Position numbers and translations under genes: made by a program
The notes under the pieces: generated by a model
What the model saw: the letters and a program-made list of their open reading frames with translations, nothing else
The model's database searches: none
Told to the model about the DNA's origin: nothing
Source of the DNA: Octopus sinensis
Lineage: Eukaryota
Assembly: GCF_006345805.1 (NCBI RefSeq)
Contig: NC_042997.1
Coordinates: 127,906,001-127,970,000, forward strand
Direction: 5' to 3'
DNA: 64,000 bases
In this document: in pieces, positions 23,830 to 35,806 of the stretch
Layout: every line of letters begins with the position of its first letter
Position numbering within the stretch: the first letter of the stretch is position 1

Positions 23830-24570
23830 TGGCGCCACTGTCATCAGCAACGTACACAAATGGATTAAGAAAAAAGGAAACCAGCATCGAAGACAGACCA
23901 TGCAGTAGGAGACCATCAACTGGTGACCACTGACAAGAATTGCCAACAACTGGACAGATTGATTCACTCAGATAGATGCGTCACAATCCGTGAACTTGCT
24001 GCAATGAAGACATGATGTCAGAGAATGAAACGTGAGCACATCTTTATGATCTGGAAACGAAGGATCAGTATAAAGAATGGCATCACACCTCTTCTCCAAA
24101 GTCTAAAAGCTTCAAAAGTCAGCGATCAGCATAGAAAATATATTGAGATATTCAAATACCCATGAAGAGGAAGAGAAAAAATAAGAATCTGAAAACTATT
24201 CATATTCACAATAACAATGTGCAACCACACAAATACTTAGTATCTAATCAGATAATTAGCAGATCGGGCTGGTCAGTGGACCTTCTTCCACAATACAGTC
24301 CAAATCTGGAACCTTCTAACTTCTATCTGCTTAGTCCAATGAAAGGACAGTCTTTGGGGGCAACAATTTGACGACAGTTGAAGCGAAAGTGGCAGTGAAG
24401 AATCTGGCAAAAGAGACCACACCAAATTTTTTTCAAAAAGGATTCGACAGTTGAGTTTAAGGATGGTGCAAATGCATCTCTTGTGATGGGGAGTATGTTA
24501 AGCAGTATCTTTGTATAGAGAAAGAGTTCGAACGACCTATGTTATCCTCATTCACATTACTTTTGAGACA
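23830..24570 (+). pseudogene. Highly decayed mariner transposase fragments
   Basis: IEDRPCSRRP, HNNNVQPH, LLPQYSPNLEPSNFYLLSPMK, WCKCISCDGEYV. Confidence 0.75.
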
Positions 24571-25003
24571 AACTCTGCTTTTTGCATCCGGGCTTGTTTA
24601 TATAGTTCTGCTTGCTTCAGTTTTTAGAAGACTTAGTGATAGCTACACAAAGATTATCCAGCTATAAAAACAACTGAGATGAAAAAACAAAAAATATATA
24701 TAAAAACAAAAGTGTCAGTGTGGTATGGATCAAAATCAATACAGTAAGTAGTGAAGTAAGGAAAACAAACAAGAATTGATAGATTTCATATGTGAAGCAT
24801 ACTAAACTTTCAAAATAGTTTGGTCATCATGAGGCTAACTTCCATAAGATTTGAAGCAAAAACTTCTGAGTGTCAAATCATTAATATTTTGAAGCTGTAT
24901 CAATTTATAAACCTACTTTGCCTAACAGAGAAGTGACTGTTTCATTACGGGAGATGACATTGGGAAGTATAATCAGCAACGAGTGTGGTCTAAATTTATT
25001 GTA

Positions 25004-25544
25004 TTGGGTTGTCCGGAAAGTTCGTGCTGATTTATAGTAGCTTATCTTTCAACTTATTTTAGAACATGGTTGAGTCCATAAAATAGGATTTGGCTACACC
25101 TCCATTTAGAGCACAGTTTAAGCTATCTTTTCGTGGAAGAAGATTTATGTTCCTATAATCTGTGTTATTTCTGTAACCCTTTAAAATGGAAGATAAGAAA
25201 GTTCATTTTCGGCATTGGGAAGCAGACAAAAATTGCTGCAGCTCGGCTGGGATGTGTTACCCACACCCTCTGCTCCTTCGGATTTCCACTTATTCAGGTC
25301 TCTGCAGAATAGTCTTAATGGTAAAAATTTCAATTCCTTGGATGACGTAAAAAGATACCTTGATGAATTCTTTGCCATGAAAACACCTCAATTCTGGGAA
25401 GAGGGTATTTTGAAGTTAAAGGAAAGATGGAGACCCATTGTGCAACAAAACGGTTCATATTTGGTTGATTAAAAACGTAATGGCAAGTATTTATTGACCT
25501 TTTTCTTTCCTTTAAAATCGGCATGAACTTTCCGGACAACCCAA
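25004..25544 (+). mobile_element. Second copy of the same non-autonomous mariner, opposite orientation
   Basis: Same TIRs with flanking TA; LGWDVLP...APSDFHLFRSLQN...KLKERWRPIVQQNGSYLVD*. Confidence 0.95.
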
Positions 25545-25660
25545 TAAAAGTTTTAAGGAACTGTCGTTATTTTTGACAATGAATTTGTAACTCCATAATA
25601 GATATACTTCATATTAATGTTTCTTGCGTTTAGTGAATTTGCATACACATATGTGTGTGT

Positions 25661-26072
25661 GTCGTGTGGTAAGAAGTTTGCTTTCCAACCACATGGTTCA
25701 AGGTTCAGTCCCACTGCGTGGCACCTTGGGCAAGTGTCTTCTACAATATCCTCGGACCGACCAAAGCTTTGTGAGTGGATATTGTAGGCGGAAACTGAAA
25801 GAAGCCGGTCGTGTGTGTGTGTTGTGTGTGTGTGTGTGTGTGCGTGTGCGTCTGTGTGTCTTTGTGCCAGTGTTTTCCCCCACCACCGATTGACAACCGG
25901 TGCTGGTGTGTTTATGTCGCCGTAATCTCGCGGTTCAGCAAAAGAGACCGATAGAATAAGTACCAGATTTGAACAGAATAAGTACTGGGTTCGATATATT
26001 CAACTAAAAATTCTTCAATGCGGTGCCCCAGTATGGCCACAATATAATGACTGAAACAAGTAAAAGATAAAA
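25661..26072 (+). mobile_element. Composite SINE family C
   Basis: Internal (TG)n; conserved 3' module. Confidence 0.88.
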
Positions 26073-26482
26073 GTTAAATGCAACAGTGTAGTCATTTATT
26101 TAGCGATTTGTAATTTAACATGACATTACATAATTTTACATTATTGCACAGCGCAACCATTTCATCAGGCAACAGCGAACCTTTATCAGCAACATCAAGT
26201 TGAACTATGAAGAAAGATACATTTGCAGATAAATATACATCTGAAACCATAGTTTGGTAAGAACAGGGAGAACAAAGCTTCTAAAATACCTGAAGAGATT
26301 CAAAGGGTTGCTTTGATACAATGGCAGAAAATATACAGGTGCGTTAAAATTCCGCAATCCGCCTACCACTTTCTTTTTTCCATCCAAGAGATATTTTTAT
26401 ACATTATTATTATTTTATAAATTTCTCTACTTCGAATGCCACCATTGATATGGATTTCAACATCATCATCATCATCATCACG

Positions 26483-26518
<36 letters not shown>

Positions 26519-26650
26519 ACAACATTTAGCGCTCATACAGACAGACTGATGGATAGATAGGCAGGCAGACAGGCAGGCAAACAGACGGGCAGGCAGGCAG
26601 ACGGACAGGCAGACATACAGGCAGGCAGGCATACAGGCAGGCAGGCAAAC

Positions 26651-26767
<117 letters not shown>

Positions 26768-28004
26768 CGTTCGCAAGTGTTCTGTCTATTTACTAAATGT
26801 TTGGTATCTTATATAATAAAGATAATAAACTCAGCCACACCATATTTAATGTTAACATTGCAGTAAACTTTTAGTATTTCGAAAAAGATGATCATTATTG
26901 TACGAAATATGAAAAGAAAAATTACACCGAAGGAAAATGTAGAATAATCCAATTGATACTGTTGTTTGATATATAATGTCGAGACAATTTTAGGGAAGTT
27001 GGTTTTTATCTAAGATCAAACTTTATAGCCGTTCTCAACTACGGAAACAAATTAGTTGAAAACCAAACAGACTTTCTCTTTTCATTGTGTATCAATTTGT
27101 TATACCTATAAGAATTTTTCTTCTCCATAATTAGGAAAACATTTTCTTCTATTTCTTCCTTTTATACTTCAGTATTCTTTAACGCCTCACTTTCTGTAAA
27201 GTTCCATAATTGTTTTAATCCTGTATACAAAAGAAAGACAAAATTGATGAGAATGATAATCTTGTAGAATAATTTTACCAAACTTTACGACTAGTTCTTG
27301 AAAATTTCAGCCAAATATTGCAAGACACTTTCCAAAGAATTTTTATTCTTTTATTTTCGTATTTTGGACAGAAACAGAGTGATAGACATTTGAATATGTC
27401 TTCACTGAGTGTTATTGTTGTTGTTGTCAATGTCAAAAATTATGTTTTTAGTGAAAACTATTTCTTAATTCAATCATCGTAGTAGATTGTTGTTATCAGT
27501 GAACGAAATTTGAATGACAGAATTCTAATGTGACAAGATTGAGTGTCTAACATATTTTTAGATGTACAGACAGAACTATAATTGACAGGAAATCTAATTC
27601 TTTCTCTTTCGTTCATTCACGATTTGGAACAACATAAAATAAAATTGATCTGTTTAATATCTTACCTATAAATATAGATTAAAACAAAACCAGGAAAAAT
27701 GCTGACATATCTTTGGAGAAAGGGAGGAAAGCAATAAACAGCATTAGTTAGTGTAATAAAGATATGTCTCCATTCATAAGTTAACACACATTTAATGGGG
27801 TACAGATATTTTCTTTTGACTGGAGTTGAGATGTTTTATAGTCTCCATAATAACATCAGAGACATCTTAGAAAACAGTAAATTTTAAACATTGAAAGATT
27901 GCTATTTCTAGTCTCAATGGATCTTTTATTTACCGAGAAGGTAGGCATAAGCATATACATACATACATGCATACACACACATGAGTCTGTATATATATAT
28001 ATAT

Positions 28005-28041
<37 letters not shown>

Positions 28042-28135
28042 TATATATATACATAAACATATTTATATATATATACACACACATATATATTATACATATT
28101 TATATATATACACACATATATATACATATGTATAT

Positions 28136-28167
<32 letters not shown>

Positions 28168-28213
28168 AACATGTGTATGTATGTATACATACATACATAT
28201 ACATATATATATA

Positions 28214-28251
<38 letters not shown>

Positions 28252-28309
28252 TAGCTGAAGGTGACCCGCTGTACGCGCGGGTAAGAGTGTGGGTGTTACT
28301 TTCTGTTGC

Positions 28310-28632
28310 TTCCTTTCAGCACGTAAAAAGCACCATCCGAACGTGGCCGATTGCAGCGCCGCCTTGACTGGCTTCTGTGCCGGTGGCACGTAAAAAGCAC
28401 CAATCGATCGTTGCCACTGCGAGCCCCCCTGGCACCAGTGCCGGCGGCACGAAAAAAGCACTCACTACACTCACAGAGTGGTTGGCGTTAGGAAGGTCAT
28501 CCACCTGTAGAAACACTGCCAGATCAGACTGGAGCCTGGTGCAGTCTCCTGGCTTCCGAGACCCCGGTCACACTGCCCAACCCGTGCTAGCACGGAAAAC
28601 GGACGTTAAACGATGATGATGATGATGATGAT
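28310..28632 (+). mobile_element. 5'-truncated V-domain-like SINE carried inside Helitron A
   Basis: Subrepeats GGCACGTAAAAAGCACC, GGCGTTAGGAAGG(G/T)CATCC, tail GGACGTTAAAC(GAT)n. Confidence 0.8.
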
Positions 28633-29459
28633 TTTCCGTATTTGTTTCTCTCTCCTTTCTCTCTCACTTTCCCACTCTCTTACTTTTCTTTTCTCTCGGA
28701 CTCTCCCTCGCTTTCTCTTACTCTCTATCTTTATCTATCTCTCTCCCATTTATAAACAACAGAAGATCTTGAGTAAGTTGAGAAATAAAATATTTAGAAA
28801 GATCAATCAGAAATATCAGGCAGTGGCAATGGAAAGGTCTGCTTCAAGGCAGACAGCAAAACGCTAACATTTAAAAGGGACAGACGAACTTGCGAGCTGA
28901 ATAAAAATAATAAAATATTGGAAACCAAAGTTTGAAGGGATAGAATCTGAGGATAGTAGAATCACCATGGCTGGCATTTCTTAACGACGGACAGCAACGT
29001 AGTGACAGTTTAACGGCTGGCGTAAAATTTTGAACTTGATGTAAAAGAAAATTCGTAAACACCAAGTTTTGAAGTGATTCTTTCTCACGACTGTAGACTC
29101 ACCATGGCAAGCATTCAAAACTTCTTTATCATGGACGGCAACACATTGACGATTAAAAGGCTGGCGCAAATTTTTTAGCTTGATGTAACAGAGAATTGCT
29201 AAATACCCGCTCCTTTAAATTTCAATCCCCTTCCAGCCCCATTTAGACCCCTTTTCACATTTTGGTTAATATAACCCGATTTCATTCGGGTCTACTGGGG
29301 CCACATTTTATAAGATGAGGAATTTTGTCCTAGAGGTGACGCCTTTCATTTGAGGAACAAAATAGTTGTCATGCAAGCTTGTCAGCACCTATAACATAGG
29401 TGTGCATATTTTCAGCTGAATCGACCGACTACGTAATGCACACATTATATATATATGTG

Positions 29460-29503
<44 letters not shown>

Positions 29504-29646
29504 CACGCATTATATATACAAATGTATACAAATGAGATATTTATCTGTATAAATTAAATTAGAGATAAAACCACTAATAGGCAAATCAAACAGTGAAAAA
29601 CCAAAGACAAAAACATAAAAAAAGAAAATATAACATAGAAAATATA

Positions 29647-30150
29647 TCTATATATATAAAACTGTAGTTGTGTGAGTGTCTGTCCCCTTCAATTTAGATT
29701 CCTAACTACTCCCACATTTTGCGGTGCAGTTTAACCAAATTCGGGTATCTTATAGTCGTGATTCATATCGAGCCCGTCTGGGTATTAGCGCGCGTCTACG
29801 ATGAGTCTACGATTTTTAAAATAATTTAACATAATTTTTTATTCCATTTTAATGCATATTTTTTCGTGTGTCGATGGCGGTGAAGTTGGCGTCCACGCTC
29901 ACGCCTGCACCTGTGTTGCTTCCCCCCCTTTTTCCCTCCCTCGTGAAGCTGTGGGGAAGGGAGTGTAAGGAAATCAACGTCGTAATGCGTTGTGAAGGAG
30001 ACCAGCGTTCATTTAGAACAACGACTTCATGGCTTGAAGTCGCCAAAACAGAAATCGCTAAAAAACGTGAAACAGATCCACAAAAACGGCAAAAACCGCT
30101 ACACAGGGCAGGTTTCCTGTGCAAACAATTTGCACAACCGAATGTTTTAG
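29647..30150 (+). mobile_element. Nested Helitron-like unit C1
   Basis: A|TCTATATATATAAAACTG start; hairpin TGTGCAAA-caa-TTTGCACA (30118-30136) then TTAG|T, a degenerate CTAG end. Confidence 0.6.
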
Positions 30151-30162
30151 TTGTTGCGCAAA

Positions 30163-30659
30163 TCTTTATATATAAAAGTAAGGTTGTGTGTCTGTCTCCT
30201 ACGATTTAGATTCCTAACTACTCCCACATTTTGCGGTGCAGTGTAACCAAAACCGGATATCTTATAGTCGTGATTCATATCGAGCCCTTATGGGTATTAG
30301 TGCGCGTCTACAATGAGTCTACGATTTAAAAAAAAATTTACCATCATTTTTTATTCCATTTTAATGCATTTTTTGCTATTATATAAGGGAAGTAACTCTC
30401 TAAAAATGTCTACGATGAGTCAACGATTAAAAAAAAATTACCATCATGTTTTATTCCATTTTAATGTATTTTTCGCTATTATATAAGGGAAGTAACTCTC
30501 TAAAAATGTCTACGATGAGTCAACGATTTAAAAAAAAATTATCATTTTTTATTCCATTTTTAATGCATTTTTTGCTATTTTTTTTTGCTATAACTCACTA
30601 AAAATGCTTATATAGTTATTTCCCTTACAAACCCGAGCAACGGCGGGCGATACTGCTAG
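30163..30659 (+). mobile_element. Nested Helitron-like unit C2 with three internal repeats of about 100 bp
   Basis: A|TCTTTATATATAAAAG start; 5' about 200 bp homologous to C1; CCCG-agcaacgg-CGGG hairpin then CTAG|T; repeat anchors at 30307, 30409, 30509. Confidence 0.85.
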
Positions 30660-30799
30660 TAAAATATAAAATTAAAAACTTTAAATTATTTAAATTGAAA
30701 ATAAAAATTATTAAATTACATTTATAATTTGTTTAAATATATATATAACTATGAAAAAGTATGAAAAAGTTTAATATACATAAATACAGATATATACAC

Positions 30800-31110
30800 T
30801 TTGTATATATACATTATATATACATATTTATATATAGAACACACACACACACACACATACATTATATATACATATTTATATATAGAACACACACACACAC
30901 ACACATACATTATATATACATATTTATATATAGAATACACACACACACACACACACATACATTATATATACATATTTATATATAGAACACATACACACAC
31001 ACACATACATTATATATACATATTTATATATAGAACATACACACACACACACACATACATTATATATACATATTTATATATAGAACCACACACACACACA
31101 CACATATAAA
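30800..31110 (+). repeat. Compound minisatellite, unit about 45-50 bp containing (CA)n, about 6 copies
   Basis: Repeated ACATTATATATACATATTTATATATAGAA followed by a variable (CA)n. Confidence 0.9.
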
Positions 31111-31574
31111 TGAACGCAAGAATATCTGATTCATAATATTTGTTCTCATGCTCGTGTGTTGTTTGTTGGTGACAGACATATACTTAAAAGAACGTCGCCG
31201 AAGTGATAAGAAGGTAGGAAACAGAGTCAGTGAAAAAGAAAGGAAATAGCGATAGTGACAGATACTTTAAATAACCGTAGTGGACTTCTGAAAGTTATGA
31301 AGAGGAGTAAGAGAGGGAAAGGAGGAAATAGGGTGAGTGAGGAAGATGGCCCCTAGCAACCACACCTTTTAAGATTTCTAAGGTAGCCCACGCGCATCGT
31401 CACCTCATTCTACATGTCCCTGTAAATTTTGGACCGAATCGGACGGGATGTAGTGGCATTGAAAGCGATCCAAGCGGTAAAAACGCATTTCAGTTTTATA
31501 TATAGAGATACTAGCTGAAGGTGACCCGCTCTACGCGCGGGTAAGAGTGTGGTTGTTACTTTCTGTTGCTTCCT

Positions 31575-31895
31575 TTCAGCACGTAAAAAGCACCATCCGA
31601 ACGTGGCCGATTGCAGCGCCGCCTTGACTGGCTTATGTGCTGGTGGCACGTAAAAAGCACCAACCGATCGTGGCCGCTGCCAGCCCCCTTGGCACCTGTG
31701 CAGGCGGCACGAAAAAAGCACCCACTACGCTCACAGAGTGGTTGGCGTTAGGAAGGTCATCCACCTGTAGAAACACTGCCAGATCAGACTGGAGCCTGGT
31801 GCAGTCTCCTGGCTTCCCAGACAGACCCCTGTTAAACTGTCCAACCCGTGCTAGCACGGAAAACGGACGTTAAACGATGATGATGATGATGATGA
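31575..31895 (+). mobile_element. V-domain-like SINE inside Helitron B, at the same position as in copy A
   Basis: Same flanks and sequence as 28310-28632. Confidence 0.8.
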
Positions 31896-32585
31896 TTCTC
31901 CCTCTTTGTTTCTTTCTCCTTTCTCTCACACTTTCCCACTCTCTTACTCTTCCTTTCTCTCGGACTCTCCCTCGCTTTCTCTTACTCTCTATCTTTATCT
32001 ATCTCTCTCCCATTTATAAACAACAAAAGATCTTGAGTAAGTTGAGAAATAAAATATTTAGAAAGATCAATCATAAATATCAGGCAGTTACAAAGGAAAG
32101 GTCTGCTTCAAGACAGACAGCAAAACACTAACATTTAAAAGGGACAGACGAACTTGCGAGCTGAATAAAAATAATAAAATATTGGAAACCAAAGTTTGAA
32201 GGGATAGAATTTGAGGATAGTAGAGTCACCATGGCTGGCATTTCTTAACGACGGACAGCAACGTATTGACAGTTCAACGGCTGGCGTAAAATTTTGAACT
32301 TGATGTAAAAGAAAATCCCTAAAAACCAAGTTTTGACTTGATTCTTTCTCACGACAGTAGACTCACGATGGCAAGCATTCAAAACTTCTTCATCATGGAC
32401 GGCAACACATTGACGATTAAAAGGCTGGCGCAAATTTTTTAGCTTGATGTAACAGAGAATTGCTAAACAACCGCTCCTTTAAATTTTAATCCCCTTCCAG
32501 CCCCATTTATACCCCTTTTCACCTTTTGGTTAATATAACCCGATTTCATTTGGGTCTACTGGGGCCACATTTTATAAGATGAGGA

Positions 32586-32780
32586 CTCAACCAAGCTTCC
32601 CAAGTCTGGTCATAGACCATAGAACACTAAACCAAGTTTCCCGATTTCTGGTCATAGACCATAGAACAGTCAAGCAAGTTTCCCGAGTTCTGGTCACAGA
32701 CCATAGAACACTCAACCAAGTTTCCCGAGTTCTGGTCATAGACCATAGAACACTAAACCAAGTTTCCCGAGTTCTGGTCA
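32586..32780 (+). repeat. 42-bp tandem repeat, about 4.7 copies
   Basis: Unit CTCAACCAAGTTTCCCGAGTTCTGGTCATAGACCATAGAACA, no spacers. Confidence 0.93.
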
Positions 32781-33410
32781 TTTGCAGAATAAATAGAGAC
32801 GGTGGAGGTGGCAGACGTCGTTGCAATGTAAACATGATTTGTTATAAGAGAAAGATTGTCCAGATCGTGTGTTGGTGGTGGTGGTGGTGGCGATGATAAT
32901 TATCTTTAAGAATGGAGATAAAGAGAGATTGAATGGAAGTTAGAGGTAGAAAGAGAAGGTGTAAATTTTGGAGTGAATCCGACGGGATGTAGTGGGCTTT
33001 AACCCCGGCAAAAAAAAAATATCTGTTGCGTTTCTGAAAGAGGTGAAGTAGGAATATTGAAACTTTTGCGGCTGTCATTGATAGACTCGTTGTAGAATAA
33101 ATAGAGACGGCGAAAAAAGAGAGAGCTCGAGAAAGAAAAGGTGATATATGAAAGAGAGGACGGGAAAATGAAATATTTTGCAATGTAAACATGATTTTTT
33201 AAGAAGAAAAGATTGTCATGATTGTGTTTGTTGGTGTTGGTGGTGGCATGATAATTATCATTAGGAAAAAGAGTGAGTGAGTGAGGAAGACATACATAAG
33301 TTGTGGCGATGATAATTGTAGACCCCTTTTCACATTTTGATGAGAGAACCCGATTTCATTCGGGTGTACTGGGGCCACATCTAGGTGTGTGGTGTGTGTG
33401 TGTGGTGTGT

Positions 33411-33449
<39 letters not shown>

Positions 33450-33560
33450 TGTGTGCACGCTGTAGAAATTAAATTAGAGATAAAACCACTAATAGGGAAT
33501 GAAACAGTAAAAAAAACAAAAACAAAAACATAAAAATAAAAATATAATATTAGATATATG

Positions 33561-33632
<72 letters not shown>

Positions 33633-34034
33633 GACAGGTAGACAATAGAATGCGATGGCGATGGCGATGTAATATTTGTTTCTGTCTATGAAACTGATAG
33701 ATACATGAGTAAAATGTATGGGAAGATAAGAGATAAGAGTGAGTGAAAATGTTCTTGGAAGAGAGGAAACAGCGAGAAAGTGATTTGAGGAAGACTTTAC
33801 ATTAAATAACCGTAGTGGCATTGTCAAATGAAGAGGAGTGAGAGAGTACTCGAGGAAGTAGGGTGAGTGAGGAAGATGGCCCCTAGCAACCACACCTTTT
33901 AAGATAGGGATTTCTAAAGTAGCCCACGCGCATCGTCACCTCATTCTACATGTCCCTGGAGCGAATCGGACGGGATGTAATGGCATGAAAGCGATCCAAG
34001 CGGTAAAAACGCATTTCAGTTTTATATATAGAAG

Positions 34035-34098
<64 letters not shown>

Positions 34099-34221
34099 TA
34101 TACATATATATATATATATACATATGTATGTATACCTATGTATATATACATATATATACCTATGTATATATACATATATATATAAACATATAATGTATGT
34201 AGTGTGTATGTGTGTGTGTGT

Positions 34222-34260
<39 letters not shown>

Positions 34261-34829
34261 ATGTTCTTTTCTATTTTTAATTATTTGAAGTCATCTTGTG
34301 ATGAAGAAGTTAGTTTCTAGTAAATACACAAAGCTTCTTTGCTGGAATGTATGGTAGATAACAACAATAATATCACGTGTTGAACATGAGAAAATCTTGT
34401 CTATTTTTGTTGTTCCATTTACAATATTTGTAACGCGTGCAGTAGCTGGTTGAGTTCTTTTTCTGAAAACCTTAGCTTTCCGAGACTGTCATTCAGGCAT
34501 TTACTCACTAAGTGCACAGATTATTATAGGTATAAATATGAAACTATAATCAAGGTATGGAAGCTGAAGAGTTCGAAGTTGTAACGAACTTGTGTGAATA
34601 TATCTTCTCTTGTACTTTCGGGGTACAAGAAAGCAATCACTAGCCGTTGCTTTAATAATCCAGAATTCTACCAGTCAGAAACAACAAGACGCAAACGTAA
34701 AAGATATATATACTACTTTATTCTCTAATGTGGTAACAGTAACAATAAGTGGTTATCTGATGTCCTTGGTTCTGGGCGCGCAAGGCTGAAAGTTAATCGA
34801 TTGTAATATTTACAATGTTCAGCCGCTAA

Positions 34830-35170
34830 AAACAGAACGGGTTAAAGATGGCGTCCGGAGGAAGAAGATGAGGTCTGCAACAATTTGGTTAAAGGCCTTT
34901 TGGTATGGTGCTGCTAGAATCTAGTCCGGACGGAGAGAAAATATGCGTGACCGTCGCCTTCAGTCGCTGCTGTCTCAAGTCGCCGCTGACTGCTGCTAGT
35001 GGTCAAACGTTCTACGACCCCCTTGCCTCGCTAACTGCTACGTAGGTAATAGGGTTCTTCTTCCGGTGCTTCGCGCATGCGCGAGAGGGCCCTTCCTTTC
35101 TGTGCCTTGGTGAAGGCACCAATACTCGCACGCGCGAAATAGAAAATGGACGGTGCGCGCGCGCGCACCG
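34830..35170. promoter_or_regulatory. CpG-rich housekeeping-type promoter region, direction unresolved
   Basis: YY1-type AAGATGGCG (34845-34853), ETS-type CTTCCGGT (35060-35067), NRF1-type GCGCATGCGC inside the palindrome 35071-35084; strong local CpG enrichment. Confidence 0.7.
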
Positions 35171-35775
35171 TTATAGGATCACTACAAAGTAATTGTCCGT
35201 AGTTGTCCTCTTTCTCTTTGATTTTTTTGAAGAGCTATTCACATCAGCAGGACAGCTGACCTGTATGACGGTACATACTTTTTCTTGTCTATAAGGCGGC
35301 GAGCTGACAGAAACGTTAGCACGCCAGGCGAAATGCTTAGCAGTATTTCGTCTGCCGTTACGTTGTGAGTTCAAATTCCGCCGAGGTCGACTTTGCCTTT
35401 CATCCTTTCGGGGTCGATAAATTAAGTACCAATTACGCACTGGGGGTCGATGTAATCGACTTAATCCGTTTGTCTGCCTTGTTTGTCCCCTCTGTGTTTA
35501 GCCCCTAGCGGGTAGTAAAGAAATAGGTACATACTTTTTCTTGTCTGTCCCAAACAACAATATCCCGTCTCTTATGTTTGCACTTGATAGAAGTTTTGGT
35601 GGGAATATTCCACTCATATTTCTTGTATCAATATTTATGCATGTACTCAATAATGGTGAGGAGAGTTCTTTGGTTTATCGTTGGGCAGACTTTTTTCAAT
35701 GTCAATGACACGTCGTGTCGCATTGGAATGTAGTATCTTCATGATATTTTGGGGCAGCCACTGATGACATGTATG
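35171..35775 (-). mobile_element. RLE-domain fragment of an R4/Dong-like LINE, split by a SINE
   Basis: H(V)ISGCPKIS*RYYIPMRHD (CCHC-knuckle region) and KHKRRDIVVWDRQEKVCTVIQVSCPADVN (decayed PD-D/ExK motif). Confidence 0.8.
35292..35525 (+). mobile_element. SINE family M, tail A, with 21-bp TSD
   Basis: GGTACATACTTTTTCTTGTCT at 35270-35290 and 35526-35546. Confidence 0.95.
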
Positions 35776-35806
35776 TAATGTCTTTCGCAGAAATGTGACT
35801 TAACGA

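Larger units (their letters stand above)
28251..31508 (-). mobile_element. Non-autonomous Helitron-like element, copy A
   Basis: Minus strand begins A|TCTCTATATATAAAACTG (31508) and ends with hairpin ACCCGC...GCGGGT then CTAG|T (28251); no TSD; (TA)n flank; no Rep/Helicase ORF. Confidence 0.8.
31511..34035 (-). mobile_element. Non-autonomous Helitron-like element, copy B
   Basis: A|TCTTCTATATATAAAACTG start (34035); same 3' hairpin and CTAG|T (31511); first about 1.07 kb colinear with copy A. Confidence 0.8.

Noticed and set aside
27706-27770. 11-bp inverted repeat GACATATCTTT / AAAGATATGTC as a pre-miRNA
   Set aside because: The intervening sequence does not pair; the stem is too short
32586-32780. 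CRISPR-like array (42-bp hairpin repeats)
   Set aside because: Repeats are contiguous with no unique spacers, there are no cas genes, and the context is eukaryotic
28251-34035. Autonomous Helitron or captured host gene
   Set aside because: No Rep (HUH) or helicase motifs and no credible exon inside any unit
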